From the NCBI RefSeq assembly GCF_006345805.1, contig NC_043014.1:52328001-52392000 (forward strand): DNA of 64,000 nucleotides, read 5' to 3'. The notes under the pieces are model-generated. The model had not been told where the DNA came from, ran no database searches, and saw only the letters and a list, made by a program, of their open reading frames with translations. The first letter of the stretch is position 1; every line of letters starts with the position of its first letter. Of this stretch, positions 50,058 to 62,608 are shown one piece after another. The translations under genes and the position numbers were made by a program. Source of the DNA: Octopus sinensis (lineage: Eukaryota).

Positions 50058-51325
50058 GAAAGTTCTTGGTGGCATTTATATGACGCTGTTTTGTTAAGTT
50101 TGAAAGCAAAATTGTTTTACGTAAATAGAGAACAAGGAAAGTTAAAGAAAAAAATCGTCCAAATATAAGTTAGATGTTTGCTAAAGATTAACATTTCAAT
50201 CGCTAGCAAGAGGAAGCCATTTATATAAAGCATTTATACGATACAATTTATAAACATATTTATAGTTGCTTTGCAAGTCTTAAACAAGTGTGCTTTCCAG
50301 TAAAGCAAATAAAAAAAACAACTGAAAAATAAGATTTCTTCTTCGAAAATCCATCATCTATGAATGGATGGATCGCACATGATAAGAAGTAAAACGAAGA
50401 GATTTAATCCCCTACCGAAACCATTATCTTCACGCTTTATTCTCCGTGTTACGTTACATTGCTAAACTAAAACTCAAATATCAATTCTCAGAGCAAACGT
50501 AATGCCGGTATTGGAATTGTGACAGAAGCAGACAAAGGAAGATATAAGAATGCATTAAATGGCACTAAGACCGTATTAAGTGATATCTATGACGGACTAA
50601 TGTAGTATCAGATTGCTAAAAAGGAAGCGATGTTTTGATCTTGGTGGAAAAGAAAGGGTAACAACAGAACAGATTTAGATGTTTATGAATGGTCGCCCTT
50701 CTCGTCACAGTTTTTCACGATAACAAATTTACATTACATAAGGTAGCTGGATAGAGATGTTATATGGCTGCAGCGCCTTTCAGCATACGTTCTATTGATC
50801 AAGGGTTAAACAAAATCATAAAATAGCACTGTATTTTCATTTTTTATATATTGTATTCATATAACGGTGAATCTGGAAACATTTAAACTACAATGGATAA
50901 TTTTTATGGTGCTTGATGAGACTAGAATATCCTCAAAGGCAGAACTGTTAAATATGAATAAAACTGAATTGCTACATGAGATAATGAAATATTTTACAGT
51001 GGAGTTAAGATATATCTATGGAAAATTCCATACCCTTTCCATGGTGGTAAACAGTGTTACATACCAACTACGCTTCTTGCAAGAAGGTCGTGTTCGAAGT
51101 ATACTTTTGTTGAGAAATGTTAAGTTTAATGAGGCCCAGACGATAGAAATACGTAAGGCTGTAGTCAGTACTATGAAAAATAATATGTGATGCTGTATAT
51201 CGTAGTAATATTCTTTTATGAAAATGGGTGGTGAGAATGGTTATATATTTTGAATGATAATGGAGATTTAAAGAGAACTATAAAAATGGCATACACAATG
51301 TGTTTAATCTTCTGCAAGAACTAAA

Positions 51326-51433
51326 GGTGTAGGAGTGGCTGTGTGGTAAGTAGCTTGCTTACGAACCACATGGTTCCGGGTTCGGTCCCACTGCAAGGCA
51401 CCTTGGGCAAGTGTCTTCTACTATAGCCTCGGG

Positions 51434-51478
<45 letters not shown>

Positions 51479-51701
51479 AGTGTTTGTATATGTGTTTGTA
51501 CGTCTGTTTGTGCTCCCGACATCGCTTGACAACCAATGCTAGTGTGTTTACGTCCCCGTAACTTAGCGGTTCGGCAAAGGTAACCGTTAGAATAAGTACT
51601 AGGCTTACGAAGAATAAGTTCTGGCGTCGATTTCCTCGATTAAAGGCGGTGCTCCAGCATGGCAACAGTCAAATGACTGAAACAAGTAAAAGAGTAAAAG
51701 A
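51326..51701 (+). mobile_element. SINE family A with internal deletion
   Basis: Head jumps from ctatagcctcgggc directly to (TA)n; tail intact. Confidence 0.9.
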
Positions 51702-52189
51702 GATATGGCAAAAAAAAACAGCAAACTTTTCTTTTCCTATTCTCGTCAAATTCACTTCGCAAGTTAATTTTTCTCTGAATTTATGAATTAAATTTCACCG
51801 TTTATTTAGACGTATTCATATTGAGGCAACCAAAGTGAAATCCACAGCTTAACCTTTATAACTCTCTGATGCTAATAACGGAAGGCAACGTTATTAGGCC
51901 CTGAAAAATAAAGAGGAACATTGAGAGAGCAGGGATATCCTTATAGGAAAGCTGCATAGATCCAGAGGTTAATAAGATCCACTTGTAAACACGACGTCGC
52001 AAGCGGCCACGCCGCTGTACGGGACGCCAGAGAGAAGTGTATTTCCCATTAAAATCAGACTGTCGCATGTGAGTGCTTATCATAAGGCAAGAACTGCTCA
52101 GAGTATTTCTGCATGTATAGAAACATACACACATGCATTGCTATATAATAGAATGATATACTATATATTGTGTTTACGTGTGCCTAAGT

Positions 52190-52526
52190 AAGGATCGCGG
52201 TTTCGATTCCCAGACCATGCGTTGTGAGTGTTTATTGAGCGAAAATACCTAAAGCTCCACGAGGCTCCAGCAGAGGCTGGTGGTGATCCCTGCTGTACTC
52301 TTTCACCACAACTTTCTCTCACTCTTACTTCCTGTTTCTGTTGTACCTGTATTTCAAAGGGCCGGCCTTGTCACTCTCTTTGTCACGCTGAATATCCCCG
52401 AGAACTACGTTAAGGGTGCACGTGTCTGTGGAGTGCTCAGCCACTTACACGTTAATTTCTTGAGCAGGCTGTTCCGTTGATTCGGATCAACCGGAACCCT
52501 CATCGTCGTAACCGACGGAGTGCTTC

Positions 52527-52528
<2 letters not shown>
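52190..52528 (+). mobile_element. SINE family C (tail 1), 5'-truncated
   Basis: Starts at aggatcgcggtttcgattccc and ends gacggagtgcttcca. Confidence 0.9.
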
Positions 52529-52581
<53 letters not shown>

Positions 52582-52666
52582 CATGTATGTATGTGGATGC
52601 AGTTAAGTACACATGCATTGCTATATAATACAGTTATATATCATATAGTGTTTACGTGTGCGTAAG

Positions 52667-52706
<40 letters not shown>

Positions 52707-54225
52707 TTATTGTGCATGTATGTATGTATGTGTATATAAGTACAAAAATAGATAAATGTGTGTGTATGCACGTAAGTACGAACATACATTTAAATGTATG
52801 AGGTATGTATGTGTATGTACATAAGTACAAATATTTATAATCAGATGCAACTCCATACAAATAGTATTGCCCTTTGAGAAGATCAATAATTTGAGTTGCA
52901 CTGATTATATTTAACATGGAAGAATAAAAGGCAATTTGGAACGTAGCCTAATTTTAAATTAAGACAACCATGGTGTAAACTAATTAAGGAAATGATTTTC
53001 TGGCATGACCTCGTATTCATCCCTATTGCATATTACAAGATAATGCCGTTCGATTCCGACAATCAGTTCGCCACGTTCGAAGCGTCTTAATCGAGGTAAT
53101 ATGGAACAGAATAGATATTTCACTCTGATAATTAAGTTGTATTTGACTAGATTCAGTGATTGGAATGGAGATATACTGGCCTTCCATCTTTAAGGGTTCT
53201 CAATGCTAGCTACCGCGAGATACTCAACTGAGTGAAGATTCAGTAGACTCGGTTTTTATCCTCACTCGGTTAATCTGAAAGTCCTTATAGGGACTGCATG
53301 GATTCCGGAGAGAAAATAAGGTTTTTATCGAAGATCAGGAGATCGGAGTTTTTCGCATCCAAATTATACAAATGTTTACCTCACTATTTGTTTTTGGACC
53401 TACGCATGTTTAGGCAGCCGAAATGTGCTCAGGTGTAAAACGAAGATCTGTGTAAGCAACTGTACATTACTGTATGGATGTGCAAATGCCCGTTCCTCTG
53501 ATATTTGATTCCATACGTATATCAAAGTGTGTGTGTGTAGTGATTAACGCATACCTTTCAACAACTTTCAACCTATGTTCTTCAAACTTTACACAGACAT
53601 CATTTATGTCCCATGGATGGTCATGCACTATAAATTTTTACCCTGAGCTCTCGCGTAAATAGATGTAAAAGGAGACAGCTTTTTGTGTGTAGGGTCTTCC
53701 ATACTTTTTTAAAATCTTTTGGCAATATAAAAAATATGGAAGGGTTTTGTCTATTTATTTCGACTGACCACCTGCGCAGAGACCCAGTCAGGAAACAAGA
53801 TTTTGCTGTCATGCAAATATTTGTTACTGTAAAAGATTTATCCAAATTCGTTATATGTACATAGTTTTTTGTATATAGGGTCATCTATACGTTTTTAGTC
53901 TACATGGTCGTATTTTGGCATTACAGAATAATTTTTAGTGGTTATCACAGAGTTTCATTTATTATTTATTTATATATACTGTAATTCTGTTTTATGACTA
54001 TTTTTTTTATGTCTATCGGTGTGTATAGTTTGAATTGTTGTTAGAGAATATTATAAAATAAAAGATTTTTGTCTATTTATTTTGATTCAGTTTTCCATAA
54101 TTCTTTAATATATGGTCATATATATTTTTATTATAGAATACTTTTTTAGTTGATCTCACATTTTTTTATTATTATTTATTTATGTGTTTTTATTGTCTAT
54201 TATTATTTTCTATATCCGATAACCA

Positions 54226-54935
54226 TTGAATGATGAGATTCAGTCTAATATTCACCGGAAAGATCTTGTCCAAAACTATTGGGAACCATTTAGTAGTCGA
54301 TGGCCATCAAATACGTTCAACTATGATCCTGCTGAGGATCACGCCGCTCATCGAGAGACTCTTACGAGTGATATGTCTGTAATATGTCCATTTTGCAAGG
54401 GCTTCAAGTGGGTTGGAGAATCCAGTGGCCTATACAAGATTCGTTTGCTTGACCTGTAAAACACTCCTCCTTCTTTGCTCTCTGGTCAACACCCTGATCC
54501 GCAGCGATTTATACAGAAAATTCGCGCTCATAACCGTCTTCCAGTTGACAAGATTCGGTCACAAATCCATTCATTAAAACTCCTATATGCCAACATTCAA
54601 AATTAAATTCAAGGACAAACCTCTAATCGCATAGGCTGTATTCTTCTTGTCAACAGCGCTGAACACCGATTCCTTCAAATTTACTACACGGGTGTTACCA
54701 CTGAGTAACGGTTCGCCGAGCGCATGTGGCACCTGAAACAAATATGCTTCTTTTTAATGAACTTCAGGAAATTCTTCACACCACCAATCGATATGTGAGG
54801 GACTTCAAAACTGATATACCTCGCCGACATACTACAGACGATCCCAATTTCAAAGTTATCATAAGGAGTGCGCGAACGCCTATCGGAGAGCACCGAGGTT
54901 GCTTTAACCAACCCCAAAATGAACAAATTGCAGAT
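54226..54935 (+). pseudogene. Helitron RepHel N-terminal region, decayed
   Basis: Across stops and frameshifts: FNYDP...DMSVICPFCKGFKWVGESSGL..IRLLDL*..LLSGQHPDPQRFIQKIRAHN/VFQLTRFG../MPTFKI/QGQTSNRIGCIL...RFLQIYYTG../ELQEILHTTNRYVRDFKT...KVIIRSARTPIGEHRGCFNQPQNEQIA. This follows the motif order of animal Helitron proteins upstream of the HUH core. Confidence 0.85.
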
Positions 54936-55509
54936 ATGCTCTGCCCTCCCGATGAAGCCACACCGTCGATTACATGGTTACCTCCTTCACACATACATCA
55001 ACATGCATTTTCATGTCAACTCTTTAGATGGCTCGGGATGGTCCACAACAGTGGTGTGGACTGGGCAATACACTGACTTTGATCTGAATGGCTAAAAACC
55101 CGAATACAATGCAATCATTATCCAATTTTCATTGTGCGTTACGCGCAGACATGATCATTTTCCAACTTTCATTATAGCTCATAACTGACTGTCGGTATGT
55201 GCAGGGGGATAACTAAGTAAAATCTCTGCCCACAATAAAACACAAGCTGGTTATTTTGAGTACATATATATGTGTATCATGTTCACTTTTACCGTCATTA
55301 CAACTTCACAATTATCTGTGCCTTTCAACGCGACATCTTTTCGCTGCCAATTACGAAAGATTCAAAGCGGTAATCGAGAACTGAAGTCAAACTCTTCATG
55401 CCTTCTACGGTTGCCGTGCTATTCATAAACCTTCTCGGTAGTTCAAATATTTGGTTGAAAAAATACTACCAAAGCAAATTAAACCATCCAAAGGACGGGT
55501 GCGTTAAGC

Positions 55510-55513
<4 letters not shown>

Positions 55514-55551
<38 letters not shown>

Positions 55552-57034
55552 ACCGACCAGACCATCAGATGTTGCTACACATCGCTGGTCACAATGCGCT
55601 TCGCATTGTTTTCGCCTTCGAATGACGACACCCCGCTGGCTAAGCAAGCAGGCCAACAGAAGAAAGAGTGAGAGAAAGAGAGGTGAAAGAGTACAGCAGG
55701 GATCACCACCCCCTACCGGAGCTTCGTGGAGCTTTTTAGGTGTTTTTCACTCAATAAACACACACAACGCCCGGTCTGGTAATCGAAACCGCGATCCTGC
55801 GACCGCGAGTCCGCTGCCCTAACCACTGGGCCATATATATACCCGGTTTGAGACAGCACACAAAATGTTAGTTACTTTAGAGCCACTGCCTTCGTTGCGA
55901 TTGCTCTCAATTATCCTCATTCCGTTACAAGCATTCGCAATCGCAAGGAAGAATCGGGAATAAACTGCATCGTTTTGTTCCAAACTAGACCAATGAAAAA
56001 GGAAAAATCTTTGGGTTTTATATTATTTTTCCTGTGAGTTTTATGAAGTACGTACCAGACATATCAAAATTTCATCGATCAAAATGCTGCCAATGCGTCG
56101 TCCTCTTAGAAAGTAAAACCCCCATACTAGATCACCTAAATTCAATTGTCTGCGTAGAACTTATATAATTTGACTTTATTGGTGCTGGAACTAAATACAT
56201 TTAGAGCCGAGACAATTTATATTGTGATTCCATGAACGTACGTTTGTAGTATTGATTCGTACCTATATATATATATATATATATAATATATATATATATA
56301 TATCACGTGACCGACCAGACCATCAGATGTTGCTACACATCGCTGGTCACAATGCGCTTCGCATTGTTTTCGCCTTCGAATGACGACACCCCGCTGGCTA
56401 AGCAAGCAGGCCAACAGAAGAAAGAGTGAGAGAAAGAGAGGTGAAAGAGTACAGCAGGGATCACCACCCCCTACCGGAGCTTCGTGGAGCTTTTTAGGTG
56501 TTTTTCACTCAATAAACACACACAACGCCCGGTCTGGTAATCGAAACCGCGATCCTGCGACCGCGAGTCCGCTGCCCTAACCACTGGGCCATATATATAC
56601 CCGGTTTGAGACAGCACACAAAATGTTAGTTACTTTAGAGCCACTGCCTTCGTTGCGATTGCTCTCAATTATCCTCATTCCGTTACAAGCATTCGCAATC
56701 GCAAGGAAGAATCGGGAATAAACTGCATCGTTTTGTTCCAAACTAGACCAATGAAAAAGGAAAAATCTTTGGGTTTTATATTATTTTTCCTGTGAGTTTT
56801 ATGAAGTACGTACCAGACATATCAAAATTTCATCGATCAAAATGCTGCCAATGCGTCGTCCTCTTAGAAAGTAAAACCCCCATACTAGATCACCTAAATT
56901 CAATTGTCTGCGTAGAACTTATATAATTTGACTTTATTGGTGCTGGAACTAAATACATTTAGAGCCGAGACAATTTATATTGTGATTCCATGAACGTACG
57001 TTTGTAGTATTGATTCGTAACCTATATATATATA

Positions 57035-57070
<36 letters not shown>
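55514..57070. repeat. 758-bp near-perfect tandem duplication bounded by (TA)n; each unit has a family C tail-2 SINE (-) at 55545-55833 and 56303-56591
   Basis: Identical ORFs at 55622 and 56380 (offset 758). Unique sequence after each SINE also matches, apart from gattcgtacc vs gattcgtaacc and TA-tract length. Confidence 0.96.
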
Positions 57071-57072
<2 letters not shown>

Positions 57073-57209
57073 CAATGTAATTTTGTATTGGTGTGAAGAG
57101 GGAGTATTTTGAGGTGTAAGGTTTTTTCTCCTTGAAGAGAGGCGACATAATTCACATTAATCTCCATATCTAATCAGTCTATACTCTTTCTTCCCATTAC
57201 ACTTTTATT

Positions 57210-57615
57210 AAGTCATTTTAGTACATCTTATGTAGCAAAACAATTTTCTTATAAACGCACATACTTGCATAACGTCGCCTTTCTACACCATACACGTCAA
57301 CATACGTCGTTCTAGGACACCATCATAAAAGCATTACGTTTCTTGTATACACACCTTATTTAGGAAAATCCAATGTCATAGAGAGGCGTTCAAACATTAG
57401 GTCGCCTTCATGCAATTTATATATCGACATACTTTGTTCTTATACACACACTATGTCATTTTTATATACTTTATATTGCAAAATACTTACCTATACACAC
57501 ATGCATATGTTAAGTCGCTTTTATACAATTTATGTAGAAAGTGTAATAAATTCATACACGCATGCACTGCGTCACTTTCATGCGGCTTATGTGGCAACCT
57601 ACTTTGTTCTTAAAC
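57210..57615. repeat. Old, decayed minisatellite (~50-60-bp unit)
   Basis: Recurring gtcRcYttYatRcaatttatRtagcaacatactttgttcttatacac-like blocks at ~57212, 57274, 57401, 57455, 57514 and 57571. Confidence 0.55.
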
Positions 57616-58126
57616 CCTCAGCATCCAGTAAGACAGCAGTTTAGCAACATTAGCACAAGCGTTTGAATAGACGTGGAATAATTTGCTGTTCGCTATGAAT
57701 CTCTACGTTCTGAGTTCAAATACCACCGTGGTCAACATTACTCTCTCTGTTTTCGGATTGATAAATAAGAGATTAATACAGGCATGGCTGTGTGGATATA
57801 TCGAAGAGTACGAGGTGAAAGACCCTCGTTATAGAGTTTGAAACCTCACGTTATTGGACTATTTTGTAATGGTTTATAACCTCACTTCTGTGTTATAAGA
57901 AAGAAAAAAGAAATTATGTTAAGTAAGAGGTTTTAGTGCCTCAACCTTGTAAAATGTTCGAAACCTTATATTGATTTAAAAAAAAAAAAAAGAAAATATG
58001 TTTTCGAGAAAAATCCAATCGGCGGGTGTTGGGTTTCGTCTCTCATTTATTCATTATCATTCATTAATGTGTTTGTCCAGCCCGCAAAGCACTTTGTACT
58101 GTCTATATGACAAATTTATGAAATAA

Positions 58127-58284
58127 AGTAGCTTGCTTCCCAACAACATAGTTCCGGGTTCAGTTCCACTGCGTGGAACTTTGGGCAAGTGTCTTCTGCT
58201 AGAGCCTAGGTCCGACTAAAGCCTTTTGAGTGGATTTGATAGACGGAAACGGAAAGAAACCCGTATGTGTGTGTGTATGTATAT

Positions 58285-58342
<58 letters not shown>

Positions 58343-58535
58343 CATGTATATGTTGTGTATGCGTGTGTGTTATTTGTGTCTGTTTGTCCCCGCTAACTTT
58401 CCACCATCGCTTGACAAAATGTGATTACGCCCCCATAAATTAGTGGTTCGGCAAAAGAGACAGAATATGTACTAGGCTTACAGAGAATAAGTCCTGGCGT
58501 TGATTTGTTCGAATAAAGGCGGAGCTGCAGCATGG
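58127..58535 (+). mobile_element. SINE family A, diverged and 5'-truncated
   Basis: agtagcttgcttcccaacaacatagttccgggttcagttccactgcg...(TA)n(TG)n...ggttcggcaaaagagacag...aaggcggagctgcagcatgg. Confidence 0.85.
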
Positions 58536-58857
58536 GAGAATTCAAATAAATAAAGCAAATAAAAAAATAAGAGAAAGGTACATTATCAACTCTCTTCTCT
58601 TTCCTGATCTCAGCGTCTTTTATTTTTGTTATTTTTTTGGCTACCATTACAAAGACTCAAACCTCCGACATATTGTTCACGAATATGCATAAGAATTACA
58701 TTAAGATGTCACAGGTCTTGCCTATATCCACGTATATTTGCCTAAGTGTGCTGTCAAAGTTTCGCTTGCTCTAACAGGTTTATGGTCTAGTTTGTGGCAG
58801 TGGACACCGTCCACGTTCTGATCCCCCACACCTTATTCCTGTACACCCTTATTGAAG

Positions 58858-58938
58858 CGAGTGAAGTGGGTGTTTCAGCGCATCTCCCTGGCCATCCTTC
58901 GGGGCAACGCCTTTCTATTTCGAATTCTGGGACCATGA
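58858..58938 (+). mobile_element. C-terminal scrap of a CRE-like RLE non-LTR retrotransposon
   Basis: RVKWVFQRISLAILRGNAFLFRILGP* resembles the FQRxSxAxQRGNAxxILG motif that ends CRE-clade restriction-like endonuclease domains; only 26 codons. Confidence 0.6.
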
Positions 58939-59004
58939 GGCAATCAAGATAAAAGAAGTACTTCCTAGCTCACTACCCGTAACTACTTTTTATATAAACT
59001 ATAT

Positions 59005-59380
59005 ATAGCAGTATCGCCTGGCGTTGCTCGGGTTTTTTTCGACCCTTTAGAATTGGAATTTTTGAAAAGTATAAATTTTGCATTATGTAGCTTGTTATAC
59101 TCTGGACATTTTTCTGATTGAAACACACCGAAAAATGGCGATAGAAGCAGTCAAAAAATCGTAGAAAATTGAGATTTATATGAAAAAAAAGCACCTTTTT
59201 GATGTAAATAATTTTTGGTGTTAACATGTTCCAATTTGAATTTGTTCTTCTACGAAGGGAAGAGCAAACCTTTTTCTATCATACTCTCAATTTTGGGTCT
59301 TGGAGGAGATAGTGTTAGTTGAAGGCTGCCAAACCTGCCATACACAGACGACTTCAGCTTTATATATATATAGAGAGAGA
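59005..59380 (-). mobile_element. Non-autonomous Helitron (third family, 3' end shared with 16644 and 30542)
   Basis: Minus strand starts tctctctctatatatatataaagctgaag and ends cccgagcaacgccaggcgatactgctat (CTAG changed to CTAT). Confidence 0.75.
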
Positions 59381-59600
59381 AGACATTAACTGTATTAGAA
59401 ACAGAACATATTGTAATCAGTTTTTATAAGAGTACTGTCCTACACACCTAGATAAATATGTGCACATACAAACAAACACATACAAATATTTATTAACAGA
59501 CGAAGATAGACGTAGACTGAAAATCTGTTGTCGCTGTGTTATTAGCAAAACGTGATCCAAACTGAGCAATTTGATTTTGCACTCTCTCTCTCTCGTTACA

Positions 59601-59986
59601 CTTTTACTTGTTTCAGTCATTTGACTGCGGCCATGCTGGAGCACCGCCTTTATTCAAGCAAATCGACCCCGGGACTTATTCTTTTGTAAGCCCAGTACTT
59701 ATTCTATCGGTCTCTTTTGCCGAACCGCTAATTGACGGGGACGTAAACACACCAGCATCGGGTGTCAAGCAAAGCTAGGGGGACAGACTCAGACATACAC
59801 ATATATATATACATACATATATACGACAGGCTTCTTTCAGTTTCCGTCTACCAAATCCACTCACAAGGCATTGGTCGGCCCGGGGCTATAGCAGAAGACA
59901 CTTGCCCAAGATGCCACGCAGTGGGACTGAACCCGGAACCATGTGGTTGGTTAGCAAGCTACTTACCACACAGCCACTCCTGCGCC
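59601..59986 (-). mobile_element. SINE family A, full length
   Basis: Reverse complement of canonical family A. Confidence 0.93.
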
Positions 59987-61471
59987 TATGAAAGTAGCCA
60001 TTTTGTTCTTTCTCCACTTCCAAATGCTCAAGGAGCTGGTTGTCTCCCTTTCATGCCCATGAAAATTTAAACAGCATGCTTTTACGCGTTAATTTGCATA
60101 GGAATTCAGTTTGCCAGAAAAACCGAGTGTTCATCGTCGATCATGACGAAGAATTCAGCGCTTACCAAAGTCTAACATACTTTTCTGATGTACGTTTCTT
60201 GTGAAATCAAGCAAGACTATTTCAATTTCCATATCTCGTCTAGCATAATATGTATAAATCACACGAGCTCGGTATTGATTTCGTGTTAGTCATTATATTT
60301 TAGACATTTAGAATTACATGGCAGGACCTAGAGGAAAGCTTGAGAAAAGTAGCAAACCATTATATGTTGACATCAGTTCTTTTTTTTCTATTATAGCTAT
60401 AGCTTCTCTGACAGAGAGCATATGCAACATGGGGTGTATATATATACATATATATATATGTATGTATGTATATCAATTCTGCTACAGAGAATAATATTTT
60501 CCTGCTCATTTATTGTCTATTTACAATTTGCATTGTTTGCATGTCACTTGCTACTCTCAAGATGTACAAGAAATATGTGTTAAATCCATCAAACCATACA
60601 TTTTGATTGCTTATTAATATTTATTGAGTTTCGACAACGGTTTAGATATACCGTATGCAATAGTCATTATTGTACATGTCAGCATATTACACAGGAATCC
60701 GACGTTGAATCTATTTTCTCACTGTATTTTTCCCGTCAACTAAACAAAAGTATACGCAGTTGTTTTTGGTTCTTTTTTTTTTGTATAATAAGAGATAGAC
60801 TGATATCTATAAGATATTTGTTTTGATGCTTTATAAGAATATGAATGCTAAATATAAGGGAAGCCAAAACGTTTTTGCATAACAATGAAATCAAAATGGC
60901 TAACATATCAGGAATTCATTCTACTAGCTGACTATACACACAGAAAAGATATAATCAGAACGAGATTTGAATAGATAATATAACAAATTTTTCTACTAAC
61001 TGACATGTCTTTCCTGCGGTGGGAAATGACAAAAACAAAAACACAAAAAAAAAAAAGACAAATAGAAATAGATTTTACATGGAAGAAACCTTTTTTTATG
61101 TCTACTAGAAAATGACTACTTGCATGAGAATGTAAGAAATAAAAGACGGCTATAAAAATATAACTTCGAAATTGCACTGAAATGGTTTGGAAAGACATGA
61201 AATTGATAATTATGTATAATAGACAAAGCAAATACATTCCTTAGACGCAGAGAATCGTAAAACTCAAAGAAGTGTTGGGTAAAGTATTGGATAATGATAG
61301 AAATTTCAAATGCAGCCAAGTTGCTCACGTTTGATTTTAAATATTTAACTATATATATCTTGCTATAACAAGTGATATGATAGTCTGATGTACTGAACAA
61401 AACATGAAACGGAATGGAATTATTAAGAACAATAATTGTACAACTTGCACATACCCACGCACAGCAACCAC

Positions 61472-61830
61472 GTGGAGGCGCAATGGCCCAATGGTTAGGG
61501 CAGCGGACTCGCGGTCGGAGAATCGCGGTTTCGATTCCCAGACCGGGTGTTGTGTGTGTTTATTGAGCGAAAACACCTAAAGCTCCACGAAGCTCCGACA
61601 GGGAGTGGTGGCGACCCTTGTTGTGCTCTTTCGACCCAACTTTCTCTCACTCTTTCTTCCTGTTTCTTGTCCCCGACTTCCTACGCAACCGCTGAACCTG
61701 GATGCGAATTCATCCATCCGTCGATGCTCTCGGTGTTGGGGGTTGACCTGCTTTCTAATCTGCGGGTCTTACGAATAGCACAGGACCACGTTTCGGACTT
61801 CTCCCACTAACAGAACAAACAAACAAACAA
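61472..61830 (+). mobile_element. SINE family C head with tail 3, (AAAC)n end and TSD
   Basis: Head as in family C up to ctttctctcactctttcttcctgtttct, then unrelated tgtccccgacttcctacgcaaccgctg...; TSD acagcaaccac at 61461-61471 and 61831-61841. Confidence 0.9.
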
Positions 61831-62608
61831 ACAGCAACCACAAAATCGAGTGAGAGTGACTCGATAACCAACCAAGCTTTCGCTAATACTTTTAGGAGTC
61901 TATGCAGCCACGGGTTCATATAGTCGGCCTCAAAGAAACGCAGACTTCACTGTCTCCGATGTAACTACCGTTTTGCTACAAATCGCCTGGATGGTAGTGA
62001 ATTCATTCCGGGCGAGGTATCTAAAGATACACGAAGTGAATTGCTCATCAATACAACTTGCCGCTCAGCCAGCTATCGAACATAAGATTGAATGATTTTG
62101 AACAGAAACCCCTCAACTCTTGACCACGTGCTTACTATTTTGTATTTGTGTGCTTGTGTGAGTCATCAGAATTGTGCGATGAGTGTTTTTTATGGTCGTC
62201 TTTCATTTCTTATATTCTTATTAATGTGCTTTTAGTGTACATCTGGATAGTATATATGTTCGTAAAACTTTAGCATTGGTACACCTAAAGAACTGAACTC
62301 CAAAATATATACAAACACATAATAAAGACTAATGATATATCAAGAGCTAGATCCTTCTCTGTAGGTATACGTATATCGAATTATCAGCCCTCGGTATTCT
62401 AATGCTTAATATTATAGAACAATGGAGGAATGTTAACAGAAGGGAAAATCTACATGGCAATAACCAGTGTGTCATAGAATTACAGAGTAGGACCTACAGG
62501 AAAGCATACAAAATATACGAATACAGATATTGTTTATTTATAGTGATGAAATTTAAATGGCTGTACTCGCACACACTTACATATAAATGTGTGTGTGTGT
62601 GTGTATGT

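Noticed and set aside
50867-51190. 107-aa ORF (also 15105-15407 and 44251-44592)
   Set aside because: Non-ATG starts, no motifs and AT-rich composition; unsupported without expression or homology data.
53020-53100. Minus-strand LRRFERGELIVG as a Tc1 N-terminus
   Set aside because: Too short, with no TIR or downstream transposase motifs.
61896-61930. SMQPRVHIV as a T-box fragment
   Set aside because: It lacks the HKY residues and flanking T-box sequence, and the frame closes soon after.
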